Part shown: piece after piece, positions 22,747 through 35,687 of the stretch
Layout of the letters: each line of letters starts with the position of its first letter
Numbering within the stretch: position 1 is the first letter of the stretch
Assembly (NCBI GenBank): GCA_032718475.1
Contig: JAUCBJ010007289.1
Location: 1 to 64,000, forward strand
Length of the DNA stretch: 64,000 nt
Direction of reading: 5' to 3'
Source of the DNA: Nemertoderma westbladi
Lineage: Eukaryota > Animalia > Xenacoelomorpha
Notes under the pieces: model-generated
Databases searched by the model: none
What the model was told of the DNA's origin: nothing
What the model saw: only the letters and a program-made list of their open reading frames with translations
Translations under genes and position numbers: made by a program

Positions 22747-25700
22747 CAACATATGGAGTGGGTGTGTGACTCTATTATTTTATATTATTTTATTATTTTT
22801 ATATTTATGTATGTATTACTATGTAATTCTATTATAATCGTTTTCTTTAATTTTATTCAGTAGAATGTTATTTTAGCGATTATTTAGTAGATTAGTGCAA
22901 TATATATTCGCGTTTATTACTTAATTACGTATATATTATATTTAATGCGACGGCAAGAAATAATTCTTTTCCTTCTTCCTTACTGTCCGTATTACATTAC
23001 AAATACGTAACTACAGTAAGATGAAATGTCCGTACTTATTAAAGTACAATAAAGCCACTACTATATTCAAGTATTATTGGTAGGCAGAGTATTAGGAATG
23101 CAAAGTTCAGATCCTCGTGTCTCGGCTAAACCAAGCTCTGGGTAGACCTTGGAAACGACTTGCCTCTTCACACTGACATTGCTTCGTGCGATATTGCTCT
23201 CATACCGTATATTAAATAATACATATAGTAGCGTGATGTCCCTTTAACAGTAGCGTATAACGCAAAATAAATCTGTTAAACCCTTTGACCATCTGTAATT
23301 CTAGTCGATTAAGATATCGTGGCACCCACCGATATACTTGAAAGACAAATTATAGAATCAGTGGTTAACGTCCCCAGACAAGTTCTGGAATAAATCGGTG
23401 CCCATCTCAAATATTAATTATTTAATATTTGCAAATCTAATAAGTCAAAATCTGTAAAATTCAGATCCTTCAACGATTCTAGTCAATTAAGATATCGTAG
23501 CATTTACCGATATTCTTAAAAAGACAATTTTCATAGAATTAAGGATCTTGTGTCCCCAGACATGTTCTAGAATCAAAATATGTCTATTTAATTATCAAAT
23601 AATAAAATTTCAGGGAATAAATTTAAATTCATGTCTTTTAATGAATTTAATAAATTGCCATTTTACGCAATTTATAACATTCCCAAAATTCCATTAATTA
23701 ATAGATCAAGGGAGCGGAGATTTATATTATTATGCGTATGCGTGTACGAAAGTCTCCCAAACATAGTCAATAGCCGATAAAATTCATAAAGTCATATATA
23801 AAACAGGACATTGACTATTAAAGAATTACTATTAAATAACATCCCAGATCTGTATGCATTGGAATTACCCTAATTCTACCGCTAGCTTTACATAATGTCA
23901 CCATAGTAACAACCACGCTAGAATTAGAATTGAGTTAAAAGAACAATAGAAAGCTTGTCCCATTGAATAGCATAGGGAATAAATAGTGCACTGATAGTAT
24001 CAAAGGATACATAATAATACAGTGACATTCTGGAAGGCATTGACTAACGGACAAGTGACCCGAGTGTGTGTAATTTGTGACAAGTTGTGTGTGTGGTATT
24101 TGTGAGTTTATAGGCGAATGTTACTACTAAGGTGTGTTTACAGTAGCGAGTCGCAATTGTGAAAGTAACCCTAACTCTCCAGTAAGAACCTGAGGTGTAT
24201 CTAAGCCTTTGGGACGGACAGTCGAGTGACTTGTGCCGGTTGTCGTTGTCGTTGTGCGGCTACGTCGTTGGCGAAAGTACAGCGGCGACGACACATCGGT
24301 GCTGAGGATCTCGCACTGTCTGGGGGCTGATTGGGGTAGGCAGCGACGCTCGCTAGCCTAAATATAAACTCATTATAATATTAATAAAATCATATATAGC
24401 AGATATGACGGAGTTGATAGAAGATGGTCTTGGTCAGGGAGCGATATACTCTACTTTTACAAGCGTTTGTTGATAGCTTAATACGCGGCGACGTTAGTCC
24501 AACTGCTGCGGAGGACGATGGTCGTTATATCGAACCGCCAATGTCCCAAGAGCAGCTCTCGCGAGAGTTGGACTATAGAAAATTCGCTGCTCGATATATG
24601 CAGCGTAATGGTACGTATATGGGCTTCTTAACTACTGGTCATCCTATCGATTTACATAATACGGACTATGTCGACTATATATCCTGCCCAGCGGAGTCGG
24701 AACCATAAACTGAAATTCGAATGTGAAAATTCTATTCGAAATCGACTCGAAAGAAAAGACACTAAAGAAACAAATAAACGCGGTAACTCCAACGTATATT
24801 TGGAATTCTTGATAGAAGCATTGTAACAACAAATAAATATCACCCGCGTTTCCCCTACCAGACGTGCGTCTTTGGTATTATTACGATAAATGCCCTAGAC
24901 CCAGCCAATAAACGGAAAGACATAAACATCCACGGAAACGTTGTGTTAAACACAGTTGTGCTCGTTATATTTACTGGAGTTTCGAGCGAAACTTGTTTGA
25001 CGTATCACCTATGCTCACTCGGTTCGAACGATCCTGGAGTAAACCTACGATCAGAGTCCCGGAATACTCGGTCAAACCTCCTCATTCCTTAGTTGGACCT
25101 CAGACCTGCGATCCTGGTGGTGTCGCGGATCCTCGCGGACTGTATTCACTGTTCAAAGATCTAGTGCTACCCTAACAATTAATCGGTAACACTCCGACAG
25201 TGATTTCTAGCTAGCTGCCCATCTACCTAGCCGGATTGGGACGCGGACATTTAATATCGCCGTTTAACCCTTACCATCGTCCCGTCCCGGCTTAACACGA
25301 TATAACCTGTCACCAAAGTGGCGGAGAACGTTGTACCAAACGAGTTAAACGCTATTCTACAAAGATCAGAAAGGAAACCTGCGTTTGTTCAGATAAACGT
25401 AAGTTGTAACAGCAAGTCCAAGCGATAAACGAATTGTCTTTATCTCAGTTCGATTGTAAAATCCAGAATCTCTAAGAAGATATCGAACTTAGGCAACCCC
25501 ATTCTCTGCGAGAGTTTTTGGATGAACGTATCCAGCTACGAGCGGAGGAAAATCAGCTCGAGGAGAAGCATATCGAAACGGCGGATACCCCGACCATAAT
25601 GCTACACCTTCTGATGCAATCATATTGCACCCTTCACCCAGGATTTATAGCCCTCCTAGTAAAGTGGCTCGCCCCAAAGAGAAAAGGACTCTTGCTAGCC

Positions 25701-25810
25701 TCAAAAACTGCGTAAACGCCGTCTGCGTAAGAAAGACTAACTGTTTAGAGTATCTTTATATTTTAGAAACTGTGATTTGTTATATTTTATAGACTTAAAT
25801 CCCATTTTCT

Positions 25811-25818
25811 GGGAGCGG
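25811..25818 (+). promoter_or_regulatory. Short polypurine tract
   Basis: gggagcgg lies immediately before the 3' LTR. Confidence 0.6.
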
Positions 25819-27059
25819 TGTAAAAGCTTTTGCGTCATTAACCGGTTATTTTCCCTTAAAGTACTCTGTAGTTGGTTTGCCAGGCATAAAAAGGCCGTGT
25901 CCTTGCTGTACTGGTGTTTTAGAGGACATAAAAGTCATTTCTTCTGTATTTGAACTGTATTTGTACTTTAGAGGACATAATCTGCAATTTCATGACGTAA
26001 AAAGCTCGATACTCTTGAAAACAGTGTCGCTACCATGACGACGGCTAACGGCTGATATTGCCACGTTGCAGCTTTCTGTATCTGCCAATAGGATTTGAGT
26101 TGGCTTTGATTTTGACCTATCACAGAGCTACTGAACTGAATTTTCCTATCTCACTGCTCTTTCTCTGTGTTGGACGGGAGCTTCGTAGAATAAGGGTAGC
26201 TGGTATTCTTATAGTTATTCTTATCAGTGATCAGTGTTGTTGGTGATTCTAAGCCAGGAAGAACGGCTTTAGAGTATTTTGTGCTTTTATGCTTTAGCCT
26301 TACACTAGTAGGCTTAATTATAAGGACATATATCCTTTATCTGCATAACATCCATAAATGCGGCATACCATACCAAATCATTTATACCTTAACTTTACTG
26401 ATTTTGCTGTCGGTTATTCATTATATTTGTTGATGAATTATTATATTGGAATAACGAGAAATAACCCCGAAAACCCAATATTCTTGATATACCGAAGGTA
26501 AGAGAGAAGGGTTACATATAACGATTGTGACTTATGTTAAAGTGGTTTGAAGTGAATCTAATGTTATTTGATATACCCTACATGAGCCAGTCTGTGTTCC
26601 TTTTATATGTGACTAAAATCAGTGAAGATCGGCAGATTAGTGTGCAGTATTGTGCAGCATTGTGTATGAGTGAAACTGATAAAGAAGCATTTCCTAAAGA
26701 ATGCGACATATATGTGAATTATAACTGAGCCATATCGTTGTGAGTAGTTTAAGTCATAACTCTGTTTATATAGATAGAGCGCCACGTCCTAAAGGAACCG
26801 TTAATATTCCCCGAAGGTGAATAATATTGTCAGAGATTATATAATACTGTCAGTCGAATAATACATTAGGCTTACATAGCAATACGATTAAGCCGTCGAA
26901 GTCAATCTCCCGGGTATATCCAACGGGTGAATGATCGCGCACAGATTGGTTTCAACTAGTGTAGTGAATCAAATACTTGTCAGAGGCTAAAGCGATTTAT
27001 TATCTAGAAGACATCCTAATTTGGCGGGTTAAACTGCCAAAGGTCTGAAAGCGCGAACA
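25819..27059 (+). repeat. 3' LTR
   Basis: Direct repeat of 15746-16986, followed by TSD CTCGC. Confidence 0.96.
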
Positions 27060-29174
27060 CTCGCAGTTATTCAACCTAACAGTGTATGAAACAAGATGAA
27101 GCTAAGAGCAAGGATGAAATATACCAGTGGACCCTGGCGGTTCTCAAACTTACAACAAATAGATTTTAAGCCTGGGGGGCGCCCAAACTAAACCCACACT
27201 TATTCTATAGACACAAGTTGTTAGAATGAAGGATGTCACAGACTAGGCGGTCCCATACTAGAGGGGGAGAGGGGAGGGTGGGTGGGTATTGGTACATGAC
27301 CCTTCCCCATTTGAAAAAAATATTAAGAACGAACTGTTTAATTTAATAATATATATATTTTGATTACAAATCAAGTTCAAATCAAGTACAAATCAATCAA
27401 AGATAGAATTATAAAACAATAAAAATAACACATTAATCCTAAAATTCCTAAACACCTAATAAACATACCGGCACCTAAAATTGTCGTTTGCTTCCTCATA
27501 AATTCGCCAAATCCTATTATTGATCCTCCACTGACCTCCCTTAATATGTCATAATCGCATGTTGGCTATCACTAGAGACCCCCATGGTTCTCGCATGGAT
27601 TTATAGGTTTTATCTTTTGGTTAGGATTAGTTTGTCGAGCCCAAACCATAATTAATTACTGTAAAATTGACATAACCATAAGCTTTAAGTCATGAGCCTC
27701 TAATCTAAGAAACTTTGTGGAATTCAGGACCCTTGCTGTTGGCCATCGTCAGCGACAAAGGACATGACTGGCATTGCAATTGCAAACAGTTATCAGCTGT
27801 TATGTTACTAGGCAACAAATCAAACATTATTCAGTACACATTTAAATAGGTAACACCTGGTTCATGCCTGGTTGCAGAATCAGACTTTGTATTTTGTACC
27901 GGTAGTTCTGTAGTATATTGTATGTACTGAATGAAGTCTGCAAGTATGATAGAGGCCTACTGATACTGCAGCGTACGTCGCGGATAAGGGTCAACTGACC
28001 CTCTGACAGTGCAATGCTCCAGTGTCAGTCAATAGGCCTAATTATTACCTGATTACCGTTGGTTGGTAATTGTTTCATTCGAATAGATAGCAGAGCAGGT
28101 AGACCACGCCATCCCAAGCCACACCAGGCTCAACCAAGCAATGTTGGGCAATTTGATCCATTATGACTTGTGTGTAAAATGCCAAATGGTTTATAAAATT
28201 AACAGTCGGACAGCCAGACAGCGCAGTTAATTCGGAAAATGCGCGAAGCTGTTTTTTTTTGTCATTTTACCGATAGCCGATAGGCCTACTTCTTTAATTT
28301 AATTTCGCCCTTGTTCACTTTTCTAATATAAATTATACTACCATGTACCGGTGCCGGAAATTAAATGCGAGCGAAGAGTAGCGAAGGCGACATTTTGTAA
28401 AATTTTTGTGCATTTTTTAAACAAAATATACTTTTTTTAAACAACCGGTAATGTTTTGCTTTTTATCTCAACCAGTCTTTTTCGGATAGTCAGTGTTTTG
28501 TTGTCACTACACAACTAAAACACCAGTATACAACTACACTCTTCAAGGGGGGGTAGGGAAGGTAGGTAGGTAAACGCTACGCTTACACACGCCTTCACAC
28601 CTACACCTATTTATCGGCTCGGCATGCTAGTAATAAAGAAGCAGGTTACAGAGATGGGTTGAGTGGAACAAAACAATAATCGAGAGTTAGAAATATTGTA
28701 GAAAATCAAATTTAATTGAGAATCCACAGCCAGATGTATAGGCCTATCGGCTTGCGCCCTACGGTACATGCATGTGTGTGTAGGCGTAACGTTTAATCCC
28801 TCTCTTCAAGTTGTGTGCCGGTAGTTACCGAGTTAGTGAATTTGCAAGTAGGTCTTTAACAGAAACCATTGTACAAGAGTTGTCCTTGACCTTGGCCTGC
28901 AGCCTATAGCTTTCTGGATCAGAAATACAGTACATCAAGGCAGATGCCAGATTTTATGATGAAATATTGATTTAACTACTGTATTGAAGTTGTGTTGTAT
29001 AAAGTAACGTAGCCTGACATTTTCGGCACTGTTCTCTCTGATTCTAATACCAGTGCAGTATAGCTTACTGAAACTTTATGTAATTAATTATTTATATTCG
29101 TATACCGGTATGTGTTGGTGTAGATATTCATATTTGGTGTTTATAAAACAATAAATATAATGTAATTTGTGGCA

Positions 29175-31943
29175 ATGTCTGACAGTGATTTTCAAGATAT
29201 CGATGGGTTGAGAGAACTGGTTTCTGTAAAGGAGAGAGAATGGAAGGAAGTAGAAACTCTTCGAATTAAATCTTTAGAAGAAACTATTCAGAATTGTCGC
29301 CATGAATATACTCAACTTAATAAGAAATTTATGTTGCTTAAGAAAGATTTTAAGTATAATCTCAAACTTATTTCTGAAAGAGATTGTGAATTAGAGCAAT
29401 ATGATGAGGATGTTACAAAACTAAAGATTGAGTCCACAGAGAAGGACAAAGAAATTAGTGAACTTAAAATAGTACTGGATGGAATAAGACAAAAACAACT
29501 ATCTGAAAAGCGATCAATTGATGATATTAAGGATCATTTTCAAGGTCGCGTCGTAGAAATTCAAACAGATTTCGACAGGTACAAAGCAGAAAAGGATGAG
29601 TTATTTGCCAATGAACAAGATAGACATTCTAAAGAGAAGCGTGATATTGATAAGAAATTGATTGAGTGCCAGTTAATGTTGGAATACCAGAAACACGAAA
29701 TGAGTTTGGCATACGATGACATGTCGAGCAATAAGGATCGCGAATGGCAACTACGATTCGACGAATCGGACAACAAGGTGATGGCTGCTGAGCTTAGAGC
29801 TAGAGTACTTCAGAATGACTATGAAAGGGTTTCGAAATATCTAGAAAGCAAAACTAATTTGGTTGGAAATTTAGAATCTAAAGTTTCTGATTTAGAAAAA
29901 CAAATTCGTACTAAACATTGGGAAATCACGGACAATAAGTGTATTTTAGAAGCTGAACTAAACGGAATGCGCCAAAAATTAGTGGAGTCAGATGATAACA
30001 GATATAAAATTCAGGTTGATTATGATAAAAAGATGAATCAACTTGATAAAGATAACAGAGAGTTGGTTAGTCGTTTAGAAAATGTAAAGGAGAGTCAGGA
30101 AGTTCGTATTCAAGAATTCATCAGGAGAATTAACAGCCTTGAAGCCGAAATTGGAAATGAGAGGGATAAATGCGCAGAGTTGACGAGGCTTATGAATGAC
30201 CACGATGATGTAGGCGAAAAGATTCAGAGTGAGCTTCGTTGTAAAATACAAGAGTTGAAGTTAGATTCGGATCGGAGGTTGAAATCCGATTGTCGGGATA
30301 ACGTCAACAAAGACTTAGAATTACAATCACTTCGGGAGGAAAGCATGAAGCTGCGATCGGCCCAGGTTATTAAAGATAAAGATATTGAATTTTATAAGAG
30401 GGAATTAGAGAAAGCGTCAGAAAATCATTGCGAAAGTCTTGCTGAGAAGGAGGAAGTTGAATTGAACTGGAAGAAACGATTACAGAGACAGATGACGGAG
30501 CGAGACGCTGATAATGAGAAACTCGTGAAGAATATTAGTCGTGCGAGAGACGATGCGATGGCCGAATGTCGCGAGTTAAAGAGACAATTAGTGGCTAAAG
30601 ATGGTTTGGTGAAAGTTATAAAGACCGAGAGAGACCAAGCACTGCGACATGAAGGCCGCACATCTACGGACCCAATGACGTCCGACATTCTGCAACAAAT
30701 TGGCAAAGAGAATGAAGGATTGAGACGGATTGTCGCTCTAATGAGACGAGAGATGGAGGAATTAGCGACAAATTTACCAGAAATGTCGGATTGTTCGGCA
30801 GACCTACCTATTAGTGAGGAATACGTTAAAGTGATAGAGAAAGAACTGCGGGAGCTCAAGGTGAATCTTCATCGGGTCAGTGAAACGGGGAGAGATGCCA
30901 GCGAGTTGCACCAAAACGAGCTGGTTAAAATGGAGACCACGATATCGCGATTAGCCAATGAAAACACGGAACTCAATAAACGTATAGAAGTCATGAGAGC
31001 GAGAATTCTGGAATTAGAAAGTAGTTTAAACGCGAAGTTTAAAGGGGAATCTGTTGAGTCTATCGAACTTTTCGATCTGCGGAACCAAGTTAATCAACTG
31101 AAGAGTGTCGTGTTACCTGGGAATTTACGGGAACCGCAAGACGATCTGAGTAGTAAGTTGGTTCGTCAGGCGGAGATGGTAGGGGAGTTAAAGAGGCGTT
31201 TGGAGGAATCGGTTCGGTGTATCGGGCAACTCGTACAGGAGAAAGAACAGCTGATCGAGAGCGGGAACCGGTTGAGAGCGGAGTTAGCCGGTATGAGGGA
31301 GGGAAGTAATCCCTGGGATGGGGTCTCTAGCAACCGGGGTGGGGTCCTTAGCAACCGGGGTGGGGTCCATAGCAGCCGGGATGAGGTCCCTAGCAACCGT
31401 GATGGGGTCCCTGGCAACTGCGGTGTGGTCCCTAGTAACCGGGGTGGGTTCCATAGCAACCGAGATGGAGACCCTAACAACAGGGATGGGGTCCATAGCA
31501 ACCACCCAGGGGACCAGCCGACGAAACTCAGTGAATACGAGGACACCGAATACCGAAATGTAAAGGAAACTTTATTTAAAGAAACTCGAAACTTAACCAA
31601 AGAACTGGGAATTAACCCGTCGTCCATGGTTACGGATCCAAGGTTATTAAACCCCTCGTTGATGTCTTCCTTGTCTTCCTTGGACGACGTCTGGAGGGTC
31701 TTAGAGGAAACTCCCCCCCGAATCGACTCCCTGCGTGATGAAAGTATCAAGTCGAAGGTGACAGGTGTTAATGACGTCATTTCCGGGGTTGTGGGTGACG
31801 GTGTTTGCGGTACTAAAGCGGCTCTGGGTATCCGTAAAGGTAAACCGGCGTATCGGCCGGACCAGAGGGTCTCGAAGTCAAAGCGAAACACCTTAGTGAG
31901 GAACTATAACATAAAAGAGGATTCTATTTATAGTAAACGTTAG
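29175..31943 (+). CDS. CCDC57: Coiled-coil domain-containing protein 57 homolog, single ORF
   Basis: N-terminal LRELVSVKEREWK..LKKDFKYNLKLISERDCELEQYD, internal ENEGLRRIVALMRREME and LVQEKEQLIESGNRLRAEL, and C-terminal VRNYNI match the CCDC57 pattern. First ATG is at 29175. Confidence 0.85.
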   Translation: MSDSDFQDIDGLRELVSVKEREWKEVETLRIKSLEETIQNCRHEYTQLNKKFMLLKKDFKYNLKLISERDCELEQYDEDVTKLKIESTEKDKEISELKIVLDGIRQKQLSEKRSIDDIKDHFQGRVVEIQTDFDRYKAEKDELFANEQDRHSKEKRDIDKKLIECQLMLEYQKHEMSLAYDDMSSNKDREWQLRFDESDNKVMAAELRARVLQNDYERVSKYLESKTNLVGNLESKVSDLEKQIRTKHWEITDNKCILEAELNGMRQKLVESDDNRYKIQVDYDKKMNQLDKDNRELVSRLENVKESQEVRIQEFIRRINSLEAEIGNERDKCAELTRLMNDHDDVGEKIQSELRCKIQELKLDSDRRLKSDCRDNVNKDLELQSLREESMKLRSAQVIKDKDIEFYKRELEKASENHCESLAEKEEVELNWKKRLQRQMTERDADNEKLVKNISRARDDAMAECRELKRQLVAKDGLVKVIKTERDQALRHEGRTSTDPMTSDILQQIGKENEGLRRIVALMRREMEELATNLPEMSDCSADLPISEEYVKVIEKELRELKVNLHRVSETGRDASELHQNELVKMETTISRLANENTELNKRIEVMRARILELESSLNAKFKGESVESIELFDLRNQVNQLKSVVLPGNLREPQDDLSSKLVRQAEMVGELKRRLEESVRCIGQLVQEKEQLIESGNRLRAELAGMREGSNPWDGVSSNRGGVLSNRGGVHSSRDEVPSNRDGVPGNCGVVPSNRGGFHSNRDGDPNNRDGVHSNHPGDQPTKLSEYEDTEYRNVKETLFKETRNLTKELGINPSSMVTDPRLLNPSLMSSLSSLDDVWRVLEETPPRIDSLRDESIKSKVTGVNDVISGVVGDGVCGTKAALGIRKGKPAYRPDQRVSKSKRNTLVRNYNIKEDSIYSKR
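31315..31510 (+). repeat. Coding 21-bp minisatellite in CCDC57 (about 9 units of SNR[G/D]GVx)
   Basis: Repeated tagcaaccggggtggggtcc variants, in frame. Confidence 0.9.
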
Positions 31944-32029
31944 AACCTCCAATGTTGTTACTGTAAATATTTTGGGGAATAATTATTTTATTCTTAAATT
32001 GATACTTTTTCGCTTGAATTTACACCAAA

Positions 32030-32650
32030 ATCGGGAGAAAAATTTCACTTTTATTCCCTAGGGAAAAAAAGTAACCCATAGGATTACATTGATTTTACTT
32101 TTTTCCCGGCAAAAAAAGTAAGTTAAAATATTTTTGGTAGAATTTCTTAAGTTTTATTACATGGGTTGAAACAAGAGCGTCGACTTAGAAACGGTTTGCA
32201 AGTAATTTGAGCAAAATCCATTCAAACCTTCAAAAGTTATTGCAAGTTTAGTGTCTGCAAGAAGGCGTACACCAAAACGAAACTCAATATCCAATATTGG
32301 GTTGTGTTTAGCGGCTCTCTAGTTACGTAATAAATATTCGAGAACATTAAATTATTTTACATTGAGTAAGGCAACATCATGAGTTGAAGAGTACAATAAT
32401 TAGAATCGCAGTAACTATGGAAGCAATATAGTGAAATACTGCAGATCAATTTATTTTGTAACACTTACTTCGTTCAATCTTTTATTGAAGAATTGAGCAA
32501 CAAAAAGTGCCAATTTAAGAATAATATTACGTATTACATGTGGAAAAAAAACGTAGAACATTTTTTTTCGATATTCTCTCGACCCTTTATTAACCTCGCT
32601 TGCGCTCGGTAAATAAAATGTCTCGAAAATACTGAAACAAAATTTTAACT
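32030..32650 (-). repeat. Second copy of the 2260-2575 repeat family
   Basis: Reverse-complement matches, with about 300 bp of extra internal sequence. Confidence 0.7.
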
Positions 32651-32728
32651 TTTTTTCCCCAAGTAATATATAATTATTTATTAACATATTCTCCACTGAT
32701 GTTGCTTATCCTACAGACCGTCTAACAA

Positions 32729-32759
<31 letters not shown>

Positions 32760-33205
32760 CCATAAAATCAATATTTTTAATTTTTCTTTTTCAGAAGCAT
32801 TTATTATCCTGCATAATCTTGTACACGTTTAACTTTCGTTTATTGTTTTGGTTCCAATAATACACCTCTGTAACCTGCTCATTTACTAAACTGCCTACAA
32901 ATACACTATTATTTCTGTGTTTGTAGCAATTCCAATTTAATCCCCATTTAGTTTTTGCTGAGGGGAGGGATGGGGTGGTGTGTTGTACTCCCCCCCCCCC
33001 CCCCCCTAAACTACCATTCGTATTTTTGCAGAGATTGGGTTTAGTTTCTATATTTTTTTATTGTATATAATTAATCATTAACAAACATATTTTTGGTCAA
33101 TTATACAAGCGAATGAAATGAATTATTTATTTGATTTTAGTTTCCGCGGTACTAATAAAAATACAAGACGATCCGTACTTTATCGGCAAAGCAATTGTCG
33201 GGACT

Positions 33206-33385
33206 ATACTAACAGCCGTATACTATAACAGCCGTATACTATAACAGCCGTATACTATAACAGCCGTATACTATAACAGCCGTATACTATAACAGCCGTA
33301 TACTATAACAGCCGTATACTATAACAGCCGTATACTATAACAGCCGTATACTATAACAGCCGTATACTATAACAGCCGTATACTA
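33206..33385. repeat. 16-bp minisatellite (tatactataacagccg), about 11 units
   Basis: Read directly from the sequence. Confidence 0.95.
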
Positions 33386-34378
33386 GCATTACACAAGTAT
33401 GTTTTATTGCGTAACAAGATAAAGACGATGTAGGCCTAGTTTAACTTGTGTAACAAGATATACGTTAGGAGGATGGGGGGGGGGGGGGGGGGGGGGGGGG
33501 TGCAGCGACCCAATTACAACTTTTCATTTTGCTATTTCTCCAGCCTAAAATTGAGTGAAAATTGAATTTAGTGATACGAAGCATAGTCTGGGATTGGCCA
33601 ATCTAATTTTTTTTCAAAAAGTATTGGCACTTTAGCGGCCAAAAGGGCTTTTTTCCCAAAAACATTATTTCTTGAACAATTTTCATTTTATTTTATTGAG
33701 TTCAAATTTGGTGAATCGATTCAATTCATGGTTGCATCTAATGCTGTCGAGTAATTTTGTTTTGTCTGAAATTTATCTGGGGCCATTTTATACACGAAAA
33801 GGCCCAAATAGTGCCGTTTTTGGGGCCTCAAATTGCTCGAAGAAAAGTATTATTTTGAAATTAAGAATTGTTCGAGAATTAGACTTTTTCATAAAAAAAA
33901 TACATTCTAAGATTCATGGGTTTAAAGTTTAAGGAAAAATTCTAAATTTCCAGCTACATGTATTTTAGATAATACCATCTTTCTTTGTTAGACAATAACT
34001 TTGTCATAAATGATTGAATTTTAACGAAATTTTTCGAATAGCTAATAATATAACATATTAAACATCCATTTATAAATTATTGTATTCATATGTGTTCGTA
34101 GGCAGCCTTTTTGTGAAAAATGCCTTATTAAATTGAAAATATCGAACGATATCAAATATCACTTGTCAAAAAAATAGACTAGCTCTTACCTTTGGGCTTA
34201 TAACTTGAGTTTGAGAAAAGATATGAGAAAATGCTTGCAGATTTGAAATCACCATTTATTTGGCACAGGATATGACCATAATTTATGTGTAAAAAGATGT
34301 AAGTTAACTTCTGTAACGTGATTTATGATAACTTGGGTAACAATGTACTGTACTTTAATTTGCACAACAAGAAATACG

Positions 34379-35038
34379 TTATCTCGAGCAACATGATGGT
34401 TTCATTTGATTTATAGAAGACTTTGTGTGGAGCTGTAAATTTTCCATTGGTTTTTCTTTATGGACGGGGAGGGGCGCGGCAATGAAACAGTCCGTGGCGA
34501 TTTTCTCAAACATATGATAAACATTATAGCCGGTTTTACTGCTGGTCTCATAGACCTCGGCCCTTATCGTATCAGCGTAATCGCTCACATTATGGAAGTC
34601 AACGTGTCGCATGCGACTACCTCGCTCCTTATTCCTATCGTCCTGAACCAAATCGTATTTAGTCCCGCACAAATAGATCAAACATTCTGGTTCGTTGTCG
34701 CGAAGTTCTCCGACCCAGAATTTAACTCGCTCGAAACTTGTCGCGTCAGTAATATCGTAACAGATAACGGCGGCCTTCGCGCCTCGGTAGTAAATCCGAC
34801 TCATCGCCTCGTAACGTTCGCTTCCCGCAGTGTCCCAGACACCCAGAGTGACCAGACCCCCGTCCGCAACACCCAGTTTCTTGGATCCGAACGCCGCACC
34901 GATGGTGTTCTGGTACGGCTGATTAATGTTGAACCGATCATTGAGGAATCTGAACATGAGACTAGTCTTTCCTCCGTATTCCTTGCCGAGAAGAACGACT
35001 TTAACGTCAACTGTGTTTGATCCCGTGTATCGATTCAT
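34379..35038 (-). CDS. RAB24: Rab24 small GTPase, single ORF
   Basis: [47 protein letters not shown] (diagnostic Ser for Gln), GTKYD in place of NKxD, ETSSKTG, C-terminal CCSR. Likely ATG at 35038 (219 aa). Confidence 0.95.
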   Translation of the reverse strand: MNRYTGSNTVDVKVVLLGKEYGGKTSLMFRFLNDRFNINQPYQNTIGAAFGSKKLGVADGGLVTLGVWDTAGSERYEAMSRIYYRGAKAAVICYDITDATSFERVKFWVGELRDNEPECLIYLCGTKYDLVQDDRNKERGSRMRHVDFHNVSDYADTIRAEVYETSSKTGYNVYHMFEKIATDCFIAAPLPVHKEKPMENLQLHTKSSINQMKPSCCSR

Positions 35039-35687
35039 TGTCTCTTTTGACAATCCCTTCTTTGGATTCGTCCGATCCACAGTATCAATAAAAAATATAT
35101 AATAGAAAAATATATCCGTACTTAATACATGTATGTATTGAACAATAAGAGTTGCTTCGCGATACACTAAGTAGAAGCCGTACAGTACAATGAATCAATG
35201 AGTAATATATTACTGTAATTAATTATACAGTATGTAATTATTACTGCAATTAATATATGGATAGTCTAACAATAGAAGTGGTAATGTTAATTACTGTTAA
35301 AAATATCCAATTACATACAGTATTACTGTACAGTAGTATAAAATATCAAATAATATTTAATTTAATTTTACAAGGAGATCATGTGACCATGAATATAACA
35401 GTTACTTAAAACTACTAAGACACAATAAGGAAGTTATGTATAAAATTAAATAATAATATTTTCGTTGTTGTAATCAATATAAGGTCAATATGAACTTTGA
35501 GCACTTACTGCTGGTCATAGAGTCAGGCCATTATGATGTAATAAAAGTTGGCAGGCTTTGCTGGTATGGGGGTGTTTGTGTAGTGTGTGTTTGGGGTAAC
35601 GGGAATAAATATTACAGTTTAGTTTGTTAAATATTTCGTTTAAAGGTGCGTTCACGAGACATGGGAGAACAACTGGTATTGCTATTG

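Larger units (their letters stand above)
15746..27059 (+). mobile_element. BEL/Pao LTR retrotransposon, non-autonomous (Gag-protease only), young
   Basis: Two 1241-bp TG...CA LTRs, TSD CTCGC (15741-15745 / 27060-27064), empty site at 4925-4929, BEL-type Gag and protease. Confidence 0.95.
13103..28384 (+). repeat. Tandem segmental duplication, copy B
   Basis: Colinear with copy A and joined head to tail at about 13100. Confidence 0.9.

Noticed and set aside
31166-31891. 241-aa antisense ORF, and similar shadows at 30425-30859, 34460-35020 and 7653-8132
   Set aside because: Antisense shadows of real coding sequence or repeats.
35039-35167. N-terminal extension of Rab24 in the ORF track
   Set aside because: It starts at a non-ATG codon in AT-rich sequence, and homology begins just after ATG 35038.
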